A DNA stretch of 24,356 nt from positions 1 to 24,356 of IMG/VR virus record IMGVR_UViG_3300048762_000041, one strand, 5' to 3'. The notes below the pieces were generated by a model. It was not told the origin of the DNA. It did not search any database and worked only from the letters and a program-made list of their open reading frames with translations. Below, piece after piece: positions 1 through 8,981 of the stretch (positions are counted from its first letter, which is position 1; each line of letters starts with the position of its first letter). The translations under genes and the position numbers were made by a program. The DNA comes from a virus (lineage: Duplodnaviria > Caudoviricetes).

Positions 1-1085
1 CAAGCCGTTTAATGAATATTAACGTTGAAGACTTACAAGCTTGGGGTCGCGCTGTCGAACTTGCTGGAGGTGATTCTAAACGGTTTGAGGGGACTATCTC
101 TTCACTTGGCGAAAAATTCGGAGTTACATCCCAGCAAGTACTCACACTTTTACCAAAATATGCTAATGCTTTAAATAAAGTTAATCCCGCTCGTGCTCAA
201 CAAATCGGTAAAATGTTAGGTATTGATGAAGGTACAATTTTACTATTGCAACAGGGGAGCCGTGAGGTTTCTGAGATGGTAAATAAACAGAAGCAATTAA
301 ACGTTATTACCGAACAAAATAAAGATTTATTTTTAAAATATGATCGGTCTCTATCTACGGTAAAACAGAGTTTTAACGCTTTATTTTTAAAACTCGCTAT
401 TGAGGCGTTGCCCGTATTAATTAAGATCGCTGAAAAAACGAAAGAGTGGGTTGATTTTTTTGTTGGGCATAAAGATTTCGTTATCGGGGGATTACTTGGG
501 ATTGCGGCAGCCGTTACAGTATTGGGTGTTCGATTCGCTTTAGCGTCACTCCCACTCACATTGATGGCGGCTTTGATAGTCGGGCTTATTTCATTACTCG
601 CGTTAGTATACGATGATATTCAAGCGTTTATGCACGGTCAACGTTCTGTTATAGGGTACTTAATTAATCATTACCCAAACGCAGCTCAAGCGGTTTATAA
701 CGCGTTTAAATTTATGAGAGACGGGTTTGATATACTTGCAAAGGCGGCAGATAAATTAATGCATCCTCTTGAAACTTTAGAAGAGGCCTTAAAAAAAGTC
801 CGTGATTTAGGTAAACAGGTTTATGGATTCGTTGGTGGTAAATTAGGCCTTTCGATAAATTCAAAAAATAAGTATCTACAGCAAGACCATTTCAGCCAAG
901 TTTTAAACAAAGCGCAACAGGCGTATGGAAGTGGTAAATCGGGAAATACAACCGTTAGTACTGGGGATATTACTATTAACACCCAAGCGACAGACGCTAA
1001 AGGGATTAGTCAATCAATACAAGGCGAATTCAATCAGCAATTGACGCAAGTAAATAATTATCATTCCGATGGAGTACTTGCATAA
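1..1085 (+). CDS. Tail tape measure protein, C-terminal part (probably 5'-truncated by the window)
   Basis: Frame is open upstream of ATG 12 to the window edge; helical Ala/Leu/Gln-rich sequence with a hydrophobic segment and C-terminal 'GDITINTQATDAKGI' motif; precedes baseplate genes with TAATG coupling. Confidence 0.8.
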   Translation, partial: SRLMNINVEDLQAWGRAVELAGGDSKRFEGTISSLGEKFGVTSQQVLTLLPKYANALNKVNPARAQQIGKMLGIDEGTILLLQQGSREVSEMVNKQKQLNVITEQNKDLFLKYDRSLSTVKQSFNALFLKLAIEALPVLIKIAEKTKEWVDFFVGHKDFVIGGLLGIAAAVTVLGVRFALASLPLTLMAALIVGLISLLALVYDDIQAFMHGQRSVIGYLINHYPNAAQAVYNAFKFMRDGFDILAKAADKLMHPLETLEEALKKVRDLGKQVYGFVGGKLGLSINSKNKYLQQDHFSQVLNKAQQAYGSGKSGNTTVSTGDITINTQATDAKGISQSIQGEFNQQLTQVNNYHSDGVLA

Positions 1086-1672
1086 TGGCTCTATTGAATC
1101 AGGCGATAACATTTATTGCAAGTCAACTACCGTCGTTTGCATCGGATCCGGTTGCTATATTCACACAAGATTACCAACAGCTATTTTCTAATGCTCGGGC
1201 TATAAAGGCTAGTGTAAAAGAAGATTCTAAGGTAATGGAGCATCCCGTGGAAACGGGGGCGATAATAGTCGACCACCGTATTATTTTACCTGTAGAAATT
1301 GAATTATCTTTGATTTTAACATCGAACGATTATAAAAATACTTATCATCAAATTAGAGATTATTTTTATAATGGGACGCTTTTAATTATACAAACTCGGT
1401 CTGGAATTTATCAGAATCAATTGATACAGAGTATGCCGCACGAAGAAGACCCAACCCAGTACGATGTGCTTACACTGGTTTTGAATACGAAACAAGTAAT
1501 ATTTGTGACTGCTCAGTATGGGACTACCCCAAAAAATCCGGCGAATACGAATACCGTAGACCGTGGAGTGCAGCAAGGAACCACGGCTAACGGAGTTCAA
1601 ACCGGAAGCGTTGCGGGTACAGAATTAACAAACGTGGGTGAAGTTGTAGACCCTAAGAAGTTACCACGATGA
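1085..1672 (+). CDS. Baseplate/tail tube initiator (Dit-like) protein
   Basis: 'VMEHPVETGAIIVDHRIILPVEIEL' motif typical of the gene after the tape measure in Bcep781/AP22-like myophages; synteny. Confidence 0.75.
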   Translation: MALLNQAITFIASQLPSFASDPVAIFTQDYQQLFSNARAIKASVKEDSKVMEHPVETGAIIVDHRIILPVEIELSLILTSNDYKNTYHQIRDYFYNGTLLIIQTRSGIYQNQLIQSMPHEEDPTQYDVLTLVLNTKQVIFVTAQYGTTPKNPANTNTVDRGVQQGTTANGVQTGSVAGTELTNVGEVVDPKKLPR

Positions 1673-2004
1673 TTAATATCCCATTGCAAGATATCCCGAA
1701 CCAATCCCTATCCATACAACTAAAGGATAATAATGTAGATATACGGCTACATACATGTGCGAGTAACGCGGGTACTCCGTCGGTAACAATCACAATTACG
1801 ATTAATGAAAACTTAATTGTGAATAATGTCCGCATAGTCCCCTCAACGAAATTGATTAATTATTTTTATTTAGAGAATGGGAATTTTTATTTTCTTACAG
1901 AGAATGACGATTACCCCGATTATAATCTATTCGGGATATCTCAATTTTTGATTTTTGCGTCAACTAGTGAACTTGAGGCGATCCGAAATGCCGCAATCAC
2001 TTGA
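1669..2004 (+). CDS. Baseplate plug-like protein
   Basis: N-terminal 'IPLQDIPNQSLSIQL' and C-terminal 'YPDYNLFGISQFLIF' motifs; ATGA coupling; synteny. Confidence 0.7.
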   Translation: MINIPLQDIPNQSLSIQLKDNNVDIRLHTCASNAGTPSVTITITINENLIVNNVRIVPSTKLINYFYLENGNFYFLTENDDYPDYNLFGISQFLIFASTSELEAIRNAAIT

Positions 2005-2836
2005 CCCTCGTATTATCGTTTTAAATATTACGGTAAATGGTAAGACTAAAATCTATACCGCGTCTGGTGATTCGCCTATGAGTATCACGGCGACGGGGAC
2101 TAAGTACGCGAACGCCCTTCAAAATGAGGCGCAGATTACGATCAGTAATTTAGATAAAGAAACCCAAGATTATATTCTAAGTGAGACTACGCCTTTTAAT
2201 TTAAATGCGTCACCTAAGACGGTTACCCTTTTCGCAGGTCGGGATTCATACGGTACGGCTCAAATATACACGGGTAACATCGTGAGTTCATCTTTAACGC
2301 AGCCGCCCGATATTGGTATCTCTTTACGCACACTTACAGGTAATTTCCTTAAAACTAACGTGATTACTAACAATCAACCCTCTCAGACGACATTAAGCCA
2401 AATAGGGGGGCAGGTTGCTAAGACGTTGAACATGGCTTTTCAATTCGAAGCGACGGATAAAAATATCGGTAATTATAATTTCGCTGGAAGTTCGGTTAAG
2501 CAGGTACAGTTATTAAATTCTATGGGCGGGATAAATGCCTTTATAGATGATAATACACTCATTATGAAAAACGCTTTAGTGCCTTTAACGGGTACAACTC
2601 GAATATTAAACGCTGATTCGGGATTGATTGGAATTCCTGAATTCACGGAGCAGGGATTAAAAGCTACTTTCTTACTGGATAATAAGACTAAAATAGGCGG
2701 GGGCTTGAAAATAGAATCTCAGGTATACCCGGCAATCAATGGTAATTATGTGATTTATAAATTAGGGTTTAATATCACTTCAAGAGATGTACCTTTTTAT
2801 TATATCGCCGAAGCGGCAAGGATTAGAGGGCAATGA
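1988..2836 (+). CDS. Baseplate hub protein (T4 gp27/Mu gp44-like)
   Basis: 'AQITISNL', 'VTLFAG', 'SGLIGIPEFT' motifs; ATG 1988 preceded by GAGG is preferred over 1955. Confidence 0.75.
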   Translation: MPQSLDPRIIVLNITVNGKTKIYTASGDSPMSITATGTKYANALQNEAQITISNLDKETQDYILSETTPFNLNASPKTVTLFAGRDSYGTAQIYTGNIVSSSLTQPPDIGISLRTLTGNFLKTNVITNNQPSQTTLSQIGGQVAKTLNMAFQFEATDKNIGNYNFAGSSVKQVQLLNSMGGINAFIDDNTLIMKNALVPLTGTTRILNADSGLIGIPEFTEQGLKATFLLDNKTKIGGGLKIESQVYPAINGNYVIYKLGFNITSRDVPFYYIAEAARIRGQ

Positions 2837-3495
2837 GTAAGATTAATAGTCCAGATATAGACCCAGCAAATAATTACAGCCTTGTAGGTTCGATCAATAA
2901 CGCCTTTCAAAAAATGATGCAGGCGATGAACGGTATGCTGCCCGCTCAAGTTACAAGCTACGACCGGGAGAAAAACCGTGTTGAAGTTCAATTATCTATA
3001 AATTTATTGACTACAGACGGGAGTCAAATCCCCCGACCGCATTTAGTAAATATCCCCGTTCTTACACTTGGAGGGGGTTTATTCAGTATGAGCTTTCCTC
3101 TTAAGTCGGGCGATCTGGGATGGGTATTGGCAAATGACCGCGACATTTCTAGTTTTTTACAAAGTTATTCTCAAGGTTCGCCCAATACAACACGTATGAA
3201 TAATTTTGCGGATGGTATGTTTATCCCGGATTTAATGAAGAGCTATAATATATCGGCACCCAATGAAAAATATTTAGTAATTCAAAGCAATGATGGAACG
3301 ATGTCTATCCAGATGGGGATTAATACTAGCAACAACGCGCATGAAATTAATGTTACCTGCGACCGATTAAATATAACGACAAATTCCGGGGCGGGGTATG
3401 TGAATGTTAACGGTAATTTATTTGTATCTGGGCTTATAGAAAATCCAACCGGCGCGGTTCTCCCGTTGCCTGTTGTTCCGCCGTTCCCACCTTAG
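2833..3495 (+). CDS. Baseplate spike (gp138/gpV family)
   Basis: OB-fold N-terminus 'LPAQVTSYD..RVEVQ', 'FPLKSGDLGWVLANDRDIS', 'RMNNFADGMFIP'. Confidence 0.85.
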   Translation: MSKINSPDIDPANNYSLVGSINNAFQKMMQAMNGMLPAQVTSYDREKNRVEVQLSINLLTTDGSQIPRPHLVNIPVLTLGGGLFSMSFPLKSGDLGWVLANDRDISSFLQSYSQGSPNTTRMNNFADGMFIPDLMKSYNISAPNEKYLVIQSNDGTMSIQMGINTSNNAHEINVTCDRLNITTNSGAGYVNVNGNLFVSGLIENPTGAVLPLPVVPPFPP

Positions 3496-3507
3496 GACGA
3501 TTAAAAT

Positions 3508-3897
3508 ATGCCATTTTTAACGATATCTGCAAATGTAAATAACAATATACCCGGTGTGGAATTTAACGACATTTATTTGGATAATCAAAATAATATTGCG
3601 ATGGCTACCGATTTACAATCGATATTACAAGAATGTGCTCAAGTGGCACGAACCTTGCTCGGGGAATGTGTGTTTGATTTAAATGTCGGTATCCCCTACG
3701 AGCAAGTGATATGGGTTGGGGTTCCGAATATTGAACAATTTACTGCGGCGTTGCGTACTGCGTTTTTAAGTGTTCCCGGAGTTATTGAGATTATATCGAT
3801 ACTTGTAAATCAAAAATCAAATAATTCTCAATCTAATGATATGCTAACGTTTAATGCAATAATTAATACCATCTATGGCACGGGAGTTATTCAATAA
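3508..3897 (+). CDS. Baseplate wedge / sheath initiator (gp25/gpW-like)
   Basis: 'LGECVFDLNVGIPY' and C-terminal 'INTIYG' motifs; lies between spike and baseplate J; AGGA RBS. Confidence 0.8.
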   Translation: MPFLTISANVNNNIPGVEFNDIYLDNQNNIAMATDLQSILQECAQVARTLLGECVFDLNVGIPYEQVIWVGVPNIEQFTAALRTAFLSVPGVIEIISILVNQKSNNSQSNDMLTFNAIINTIYGTGVIQ

Positions 3898-5318
3898 TGG
3901 CTGATGTATACACGTATCAATTAACCACGGGGTTGGTCGTCCCCGATACTGCCGAAATACAAACCGACGTACAGGCCGAATACAGTAATACCTTCGGTAC
4001 AGATTTGAACGTTACGTCACCATCGACCCCGCAAGGTCTTTTGATTAATGCAGAGACTCAAGCACGTGTGGCCGTTGTAGATAATAACGCCGCTTTAGCT
4101 AATCAAATTAACCCGTCTTTTGCGGGGGGCGTCTTCTTAGATGCGCTACTAGGATTCATGGGAGCGCAAAGAATACCCGCGAGCAATAGCCGCGTAAATT
4201 GTACAATTGTAGGTTCTTTCGGGACTATAATCCCTGTGGGTTCTTTAGCTGTCGATGTGGCTAATAATCAATGGGAGACTCTAGAAACGGTAACGATTCC
4301 ATTATCAGGAACATTAACAGACGTGATATTTTCCGCTGTTGATACCGGGGCTATAACGGTTACTGCGACGCAACTTAATAAAATTGTTAGTAACTTGCTA
4401 GGATGGGATACAGTATCAAATCCGGCATCGAATTATTTGACGGGAGTAGCCACACAAAGTGACGCCCAAGCGAGACAATACCGAATAAACACCTTGTATC
4501 TTCAGAGTAATGGTTTAGCCGGTTCTGTGATTTCGGCGTTAACGGCTTTAGTCGGGGTTAAAAGTTTATCGTTTTTAGAAAATACGGTTGCATCCACACA
4601 AACTATTAAAGGCGTTGTGATGACTGCTAATTCCATATACGTGTGTATAGAGGGCGGAAATAACGGCGATGTGGCTGCGTGTTTGACTGCTACTAAAAGC
4701 GCGGGATGCGGGTATAGCAACAGCGCGAGCGGAACCCCGGTATCATACCCCTATGTTGTCCCTTTAAGTGGACAGACAATAAACGTGCTATTTGATAGAC
4801 CGGATATAATTCAAATAGGTGTTGAGTTAACAGTGATTTTAAATACTCCGATTCAAGATTATATTACTACACTTACTCAAGCTATTTTAGATTATGCCGC
4901 AGGACAAGTTAGTGGGCTTGCGGGGTTAAAAGTCGGAGGGAATGTTTCTCCTTTCGAAATCGCCGCAGCTGTTGGTATTCAATATCCGGGAGCGTATGTA
5001 ACAAATCTTTTAATTAGCAATTTAACCCCCGTGATTATGAACGGAACGACAACGAGCGGATCTAAATCTATTTCGGGATTGGTTAACGTTCTTGTATCAT
5101 TAGAAGTGGGAATGTCGGTATCGGGGGCGGGAATTGCTCTAGGTTCAGTAATTACGGCACTTGTGGATAATACTCACGTTCTTATTTCTATAAATGCCAC
5201 CGCGAGTGCTACGGTTTCATTAACGTTTACCGGTAATTATGGGGCGCAAGAAATAGGAATTGAACCCTGGCAATTAGCGAATATCGCGTCCGGTAACATC
5301 ACTGTGAGTTTAGCATAA
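3897..5318 (+). CDS. Baseplate J/gp47-like wedge protein with an extra ~65-aa inserted domain
   Basis: 'STPQGLLI', 'NPSFAGGVFLDAL', 'QSDAQARQYR', 'FDRP' motifs; TAATG coupling. Confidence 0.88.
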   Translation: MADVYTYQLTTGLVVPDTAEIQTDVQAEYSNTFGTDLNVTSPSTPQGLLINAETQARVAVVDNNAALANQINPSFAGGVFLDALLGFMGAQRIPASNSRVNCTIVGSFGTIIPVGSLAVDVANNQWETLETVTIPLSGTLTDVIFSAVDTGAITVTATQLNKIVSNLLGWDTVSNPASNYLTGVATQSDAQARQYRINTLYLQSNGLAGSVISALTALVGVKSLSFLENTVASTQTIKGVVMTANSIYVCIEGGNNGDVAACLTATKSAGCGYSNSASGTPVSYPYVVPLSGQTINVLFDRPDIIQIGVELTVILNTPIQDYITTLTQAILDYAAGQVSGLAGLKVGGNVSPFEIAAAVGIQYPGAYVTNLLISNLTPVIMNGTTTSGSKSISGLVNVLVSLEVGMSVSGAGIALGSVITALVDNTHVLISINATASATVSLTFTGNYGAQEIGIEPWQLANIASGNITVSLA

Positions 5319-6010
5319 TGAATATTCAACAGTTTGATTATAAGGTCGATTTACTTAATGTGGTACTCTGGCAGTATAACGAGGCTACTAATTTATTAAG
5401 TTTATTATCACAAAAGCAATCATGGTACGATTTAAATCAAACTGAATTTTGGGCTAATTGGTATAATCAAGTTTTTAATTTATCCCCATCTAATACACAA
5501 ATTACTCATTTCGGCTTGGCGGTTTGGTCTATAATTTTAGATGTCCCCCTTTATGTTCCTATCGGTGAGGTAGTACCTACAGTGGAATGGGGGTTTAATG
5601 AAATACCTCCGGTAAATAATTATTTAAATTTTACTAATGCGCCTTTTGCGCCAACTACTCCGGTTATCTTTCTTACTGCGCCTCAACAGCAATTTATACT
5701 TTTATTGAAATATTTTAATTGTACGAATCGAGGCACATTAACGAATACACCGGATTTTTATTTTAAAAGCGATATTAAGTATGACCCGTACCGTAATAAC
5801 TTTATCTATAATATAAATTATTTCTTTCAGATTTTATGTTTTTATTTGGGAGCGGCAATAGGGTACCCGGGTACGATTTATTGTCATGATAATTTAGATA
5901 TGACAATAACCTATGTTTTTAGCGACCCTACATTGTTTCCTAGCAATCTTGCAAGGGCTATAGCGATGCTTGATTTATATCCCCGTCCCTGCGGCGTGGC
6001 AATCGTCTAA
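5318..6010 (+). CDS. Baseplate wedge protein (DUF2612/gpI-like)
   Basis: 'LWQYNEA', 'FGLAVWSIILDVP', 'DNLDMT', C-terminal 'PRPCGV'; follows baseplate J. Confidence 0.8.
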   Translation: MNIQQFDYKVDLLNVVLWQYNEATNLLSLLSQKQSWYDLNQTEFWANWYNQVFNLSPSNTQITHFGLAVWSIILDVPLYVPIGEVVPTVEWGFNEIPPVNNYLNFTNAPFAPTTPVIFLTAPQQQFILLLKYFNCTNRGTLTNTPDFYFKSDIKYDPYRNNFIYNINYFFQILCFYLGAAIGYPGTIYCHDNLDMTITYVFSDPTLFPSNLARAIAMLDLYPRPCGVAIV

Positions 6011-6031
6011 TTATTTAAAGGATTATATACA

Positions 6032-7210
6032 ATGGCAAATCCTGCACTTCCGTTTTTTCTATACCCCTTTGCGACCTTGGGGGATATCCCATCTTCAATC
6101 CCTCCTGTTCCTAATACGGGTTCCGATTCTACATCCGTGAACTATCAATATGGCTGGACAGTCCCGTATGAGTACCCGAGCACGAACCCTTCATATCTAC
6201 CCGTACCAAGGACTTCATTTAATCAGGTACTCTTGGATATAACTACGGCCTTACAGCAATATCAATGGCAAGGAACGCCGTTGTGGATATCTCCTGCTTC
6301 CGGTGGTCCTGCTGGTTATTTATTATATTCTTACGTTGCCTATGATGCCGGAGCAGGAATTCAGATTTGGGAAAGTCAATTAGGAACTACTATATCTCCG
6401 AATACCTCTATTCCCGGGTCGGATACAAATTGGCTTGTTGTTAGTGGCAACGCTCAGGGAGTTGCACCGGGTACAATCGTTGATTTCGCCGGTTTTCTAA
6501 ACCCTCCGGGATATTTTTTCTGTAACGGTCATACCCCCGTTCGCGCGGATTATCCCCGTTTATTTAACGCCATATGCCCGTTAATTGCATGTAATACCAC
6601 GGCTTCCAGTACTACAATTACCGTTACGGGAGGTCATGGGAATACAATCGGGTTGTATGTAGGTATGCCCGTCGAAGGTTCCGGGATTCAATCGGGAACG
6701 GTAGTAGCTTCTATTCCTTCTTTTACATCAACCACCGCAGAATTATCATTGCCTCCCACCGCAACGGCAACCGGCGTACTTTTGCGATTTTTTTCTTGGG
6801 GGAACGGTGACGGTTCAAATACTTTCACCCTTCCTAATTTAGGTAATCGGGTTACGGCCGCATGGGATACAAACTCCGGGTCGGGATTACCCCCAGAAGT
6901 TCCGGGTACCAATATTTCCCAAGCGGGTCAAACCACGGGTGTTTCTGCAAGGCCTATAATTGCGAATAACCTGCCAGCTCATACACACCCGAATACTGCA
7001 GTGACTACGATGTCCGTAAATGGTAATAACAATCAGGGGGCTATCCCATCTAATATGATTGTAGGCGGGGCAGGAACTGGAGTTTTCTTTTCTACTTTCC
7101 CCTCGGCTACTATTACAACAACTATGACAAACGCGGCTAACGCAACAACTAACGCGGCGTTTGATATCGTCCAACCCACTGCGTTAGTTAGTAAAATTAT
7201 TAAATACTAA
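6032..7210 (+). CDS. Tail fibre protein with phage tail-collar domain
   Basis: N-terminal 'PFATLGD..VNYQYGW' baseplate-attachment motif; collar 'PGTIVDFAG..PPGYFFCNG..RADYPRLFNAI...GDGSNTFTLPNL'; 'LPAHTH' and terminal 'QPTALVSKIIKY'. Confidence 0.88.
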   Translation: MANPALPFFLYPFATLGDIPSSIPPVPNTGSDSTSVNYQYGWTVPYEYPSTNPSYLPVPRTSFNQVLLDITTALQQYQWQGTPLWISPASGGPAGYLLYSYVAYDAGAGIQIWESQLGTTISPNTSIPGSDTNWLVVSGNAQGVAPGTIVDFAGFLNPPGYFFCNGHTPVRADYPRLFNAICPLIACNTTASSTTITVTGGHGNTIGLYVGMPVEGSGIQSGTVVASIPSFTSTTAELSLPPTATATGVLLRFFSWGNGDGSNTFTLPNLGNRVTAAWDTNSGSGLPPEVPGTNISQAGQTTGVSARPIIANNLPAHTHPNTAVTTMSVNGNNNQGAIPSNMIVGGAGTGVFFSTFPSATITTTMTNAANATTNAAFDIVQPTALVSKIIKY

Positions 7211-7220
7211 GAGGGATTAA

Positions 7221-7697
7221 ATGGCTATTTTTGATAAGGATATTATAAACATCGAGGGCGGTCTTACTAATGACCGCAACGATGGCGGGGGATTAACCAA
7301 GTACGGAATAAGCCAGAGGTCGTATCCACACTTAGACATTCCGAATTTAACGACGCAACAAGCTCTCAATATTTATGAGCATGATTATTGGGATCGGAAT
7401 CAATTAAGTCTGATCACATCTCAGCTTATAGCGAATCAATTGTTTCTGTTGGTCGTTAATACTGGCGCGGAACCCGCTATTAAAATCATGCAATCGGCGT
7501 TAGTTCGTAGGGGAATGAAAGTCACTGTTGATGGGGTTATAGGGAGTGTGACTATATCCGCTATTAATATGTGTAATCCCTTTTCTCTTTCCGAATCAAT
7601 GCGTGTTGCGGAGTGCAAACACTATTTAGATATTACGGATAATGACGCTACACAAAAAAAATTCTTTAGGGGATGGATTCGAAGGGCTCTTTTATGA
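7221..7697 (+). CDS. Endolysin, glycoside hydrolase family 108 with C-terminal peptidoglycan-binding region
   Basis: 'EGGLTNDRNDGGGLTKYGIS' catalytic motif, 'VDGVIGSVT', 'FFRGWIRR'; GAGGG RBS. Confidence 0.92.
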   Translation: MAIFDKDIINIEGGLTNDRNDGGGLTKYGISQRSYPHLDIPNLTTQQALNIYEHDYWDRNQLSLITSQLIANQLFLLVVNTGAEPAIKIMQSALVRRGMKVTVDGVIGSVTISAINMCNPFSLSESMRVAECKHYLDITDNDATQKKFFRGWIRRALL

Positions 7698-7768
7698 GAT
7701 AGTAGGAGTGCGATGTCTCCATAATGATCCGTATTGGGCGTGTTCGGTTCCCTGCACGCTCTCTTAAT

Positions 7769-7969
7769 TTATACCGGCTCAATATTTAATTCTTCAATAG
7801 TAGGAATTTCCCAAAAATCAGTTAACCCGCATTTATCCCCCATAATAGCAACAAGAGGCGATTCGTCTCCAAATATAGGGTGTTCATAAAATTTCACCCC
7901 CCTAACTATTCCTATCAATATCGGTTTTTTATCAATAAAGTTTTGTTTATTATAATTCTTTTTAATCAT
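7769..7969 (-). CDS. Hypothetical protein (66 aa, MIKKNYNK...)
   Basis: ATG 7969 with GAGGG upstream avoids the long overlap implied by the 8083 start. Confidence 0.65.
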   Translation of the reverse strand: MIKKNYNKQNFIDKKPILIGIVRGVKFYEHPIFGDESPLVAIMGDKCGLTDFWEIPTIEELNIEPV

Positions 7970-7982
7970 TTCAGTAGCCCTC

Positions 7983-8165
7983 TTAATTCCAAGTATCTCT
8001 AGATAACGCCCTTTGTATTGATTGCTTCGTTTCATATCCGAATAATTCATCCTTAAAGAAACCCTCACCATGATATAGTGCATAGCAATTATTGTACTGT
8101 CGTTCTACTTTATAAGTTTTACCGCTAACGGTTATGTATTTAGGCATTCTTTTAATTCTTTCCAT
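7983..8165 (-). CDS. Hypothetical protein, first gene of promoter cassette 1
   Basis: ATG 33 nt after the -10 box, GAGAG RBS. Confidence 0.7.
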   Translation of the reverse strand: MERIKRMPKYITVSGKTYKVERQYNNCYALYHGEGFFKDELFGYETKQSIQRALSRDTWN

Positions 8166-8198
8166 TTCGGTAACTCTCTTTCGTAATTTGATGAAGTA

Positions 8199-8228
8199 AT
8201 TATATCCGATGTTGCCGTTCGCGTCAAC
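8199..8228 (-). promoter_or_regulatory. Sigma70 promoter with palindromic operator, copy 1
   Basis: Minus strand GTTGACGCGAACGGCAACATCGGATATAAT: TTGACG-N17-TATAAT. Confidence 0.85.
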
Positions 8229-8235
8229 AAGTATC

Positions 8236-8244
8236 TGCTATACT
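8236..8244 (+). promoter_or_regulatory. Putative extended -10 promoter (TGCTATACT), divergent from copy 1
   Basis: TGn-TATACT followed by GGGAG RBS and ATG 8275. Confidence 0.5.
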
Positions 8245-8274
8245 GTATTTATGGTGACCGAGGGAGAAACCATA

Positions 8275-8406
8275 ATGTACCGAAACTTAAGATTATTTTA
8301 TTTAATCCATCATTATTTAATTGCCTTTCATTGGTCGGTTAGTCTTACGCTAACGGTAACTTTTGCGATATACTTTTTTATCAAAAACATCCATGGTAAA
8401 AAATGA
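8275..8406 (+). CDS. Small membrane protein (43 aa)
   Basis: GGGAG RBS; hydrophobic segment and basic C-terminus; ATGA coupling to next ORF. Confidence 0.55.
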   Translation: MYRNLRLFYLIHHYLIAFHWSVSLTLTVTFAIYFFIKNIHGKK

Positions 8407-8555
8407 AATACTTAAACGTTGTCGTACTCTTCATTCTTATAGTAATCATGTGGAATTTTTCAGAATACTACGAAAGAAAATTAAATGAGTTGAAGATAGA
8501 TATAATAGTTCTTGAGTCTGGAATGGGAAGTTATGAACTCCCCGAGAATGGATAG
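8403..8555 (+). CDS. Small protein with N-terminal transmembrane helix (50 aa, MKYLNVVVLFILIVIMWNF...)
   Basis: Translated by hand (below the ORF-track cutoff); ATGA overlap; its stop abuts the stop of the convergent ORF at 8556. Confidence 0.6.
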   Translation: MKYLNVVVLFILIVIMWNFSEYYERKLNELKIDIIVLESGMGSYELPENG

Positions 8556-8777
8556 TTATTTTGGCGCACAGTCGGGGTTAATCGTAAAACAGCACATGCC
8601 TTTAACTAGGGGGTATTTTGTTTTATCCCGAATCACGTCAGGCCATTTTTGAGAATCATTTAAATTCACGTACGCTAGACATCCGGGCATATCGGGAAAA
8701 GACCTCTGAAAATGGCGTTCTGAACAGTCCCCGGAGGGAGTACACATAAGAACGTAGGCTATAGCAGCTGTTAGCAT
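8556..8777 (-). CDS. Small Cys-rich, possibly exported protein
   Basis: Hydrophobic N-terminus, six Cys; overlaps upstream gene end. Confidence 0.6.
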   Translation of the reverse strand: MLTAAIAYVLMCTPSGDCSERHFQRSFPDMPGCLAYVNLNDSQKWPDVIRDKTKYPLVKGMCCFTINPDCAPK

Positions 8778-8980
8778 TTTTTAATCCTTTTATAAAGTGT
8801 GGCTAGTTGTTTAATAATAACGTCAGTATTCGGATCTGAAAAATTATATTGTTTATTTTTAATTTCGATACTTACTCCTAATATTTCTCCGGTTCTTTTT
8901 CTTTTTATAGACATCGGGGTGCTAACCCCGAATTCACTAAAAGAAAAGCATTGCTGTCTTACCGTTTCGTATTGTGTCAT
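8771..8980 (-). CDS. Hypothetical protein
   Basis: Tightly packed in minus-strand operon. Confidence 0.6.
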   Translation of the reverse strand: MTQYETVRQQCFSFSEFGVSTPMSIKRKRTGEILGVSIEIKNKQYNFSDPNTDVIIKQLATLYKRIKKC

Positions 8981-8981
8981 T

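Noticed and set aside
6748-6765. ATTGCC-N6-CGCAAC near-match to the operator inside the tail fibre gene
   Set aside because: Lacks the TTGAC arm and a correctly spaced -10; explained by coding sequence
6032-7210. Diversity-generating retroelement or invertase-switched tail fibre
   Set aside because: No reverse transcriptase, template/variable repeat pair or invertase seen
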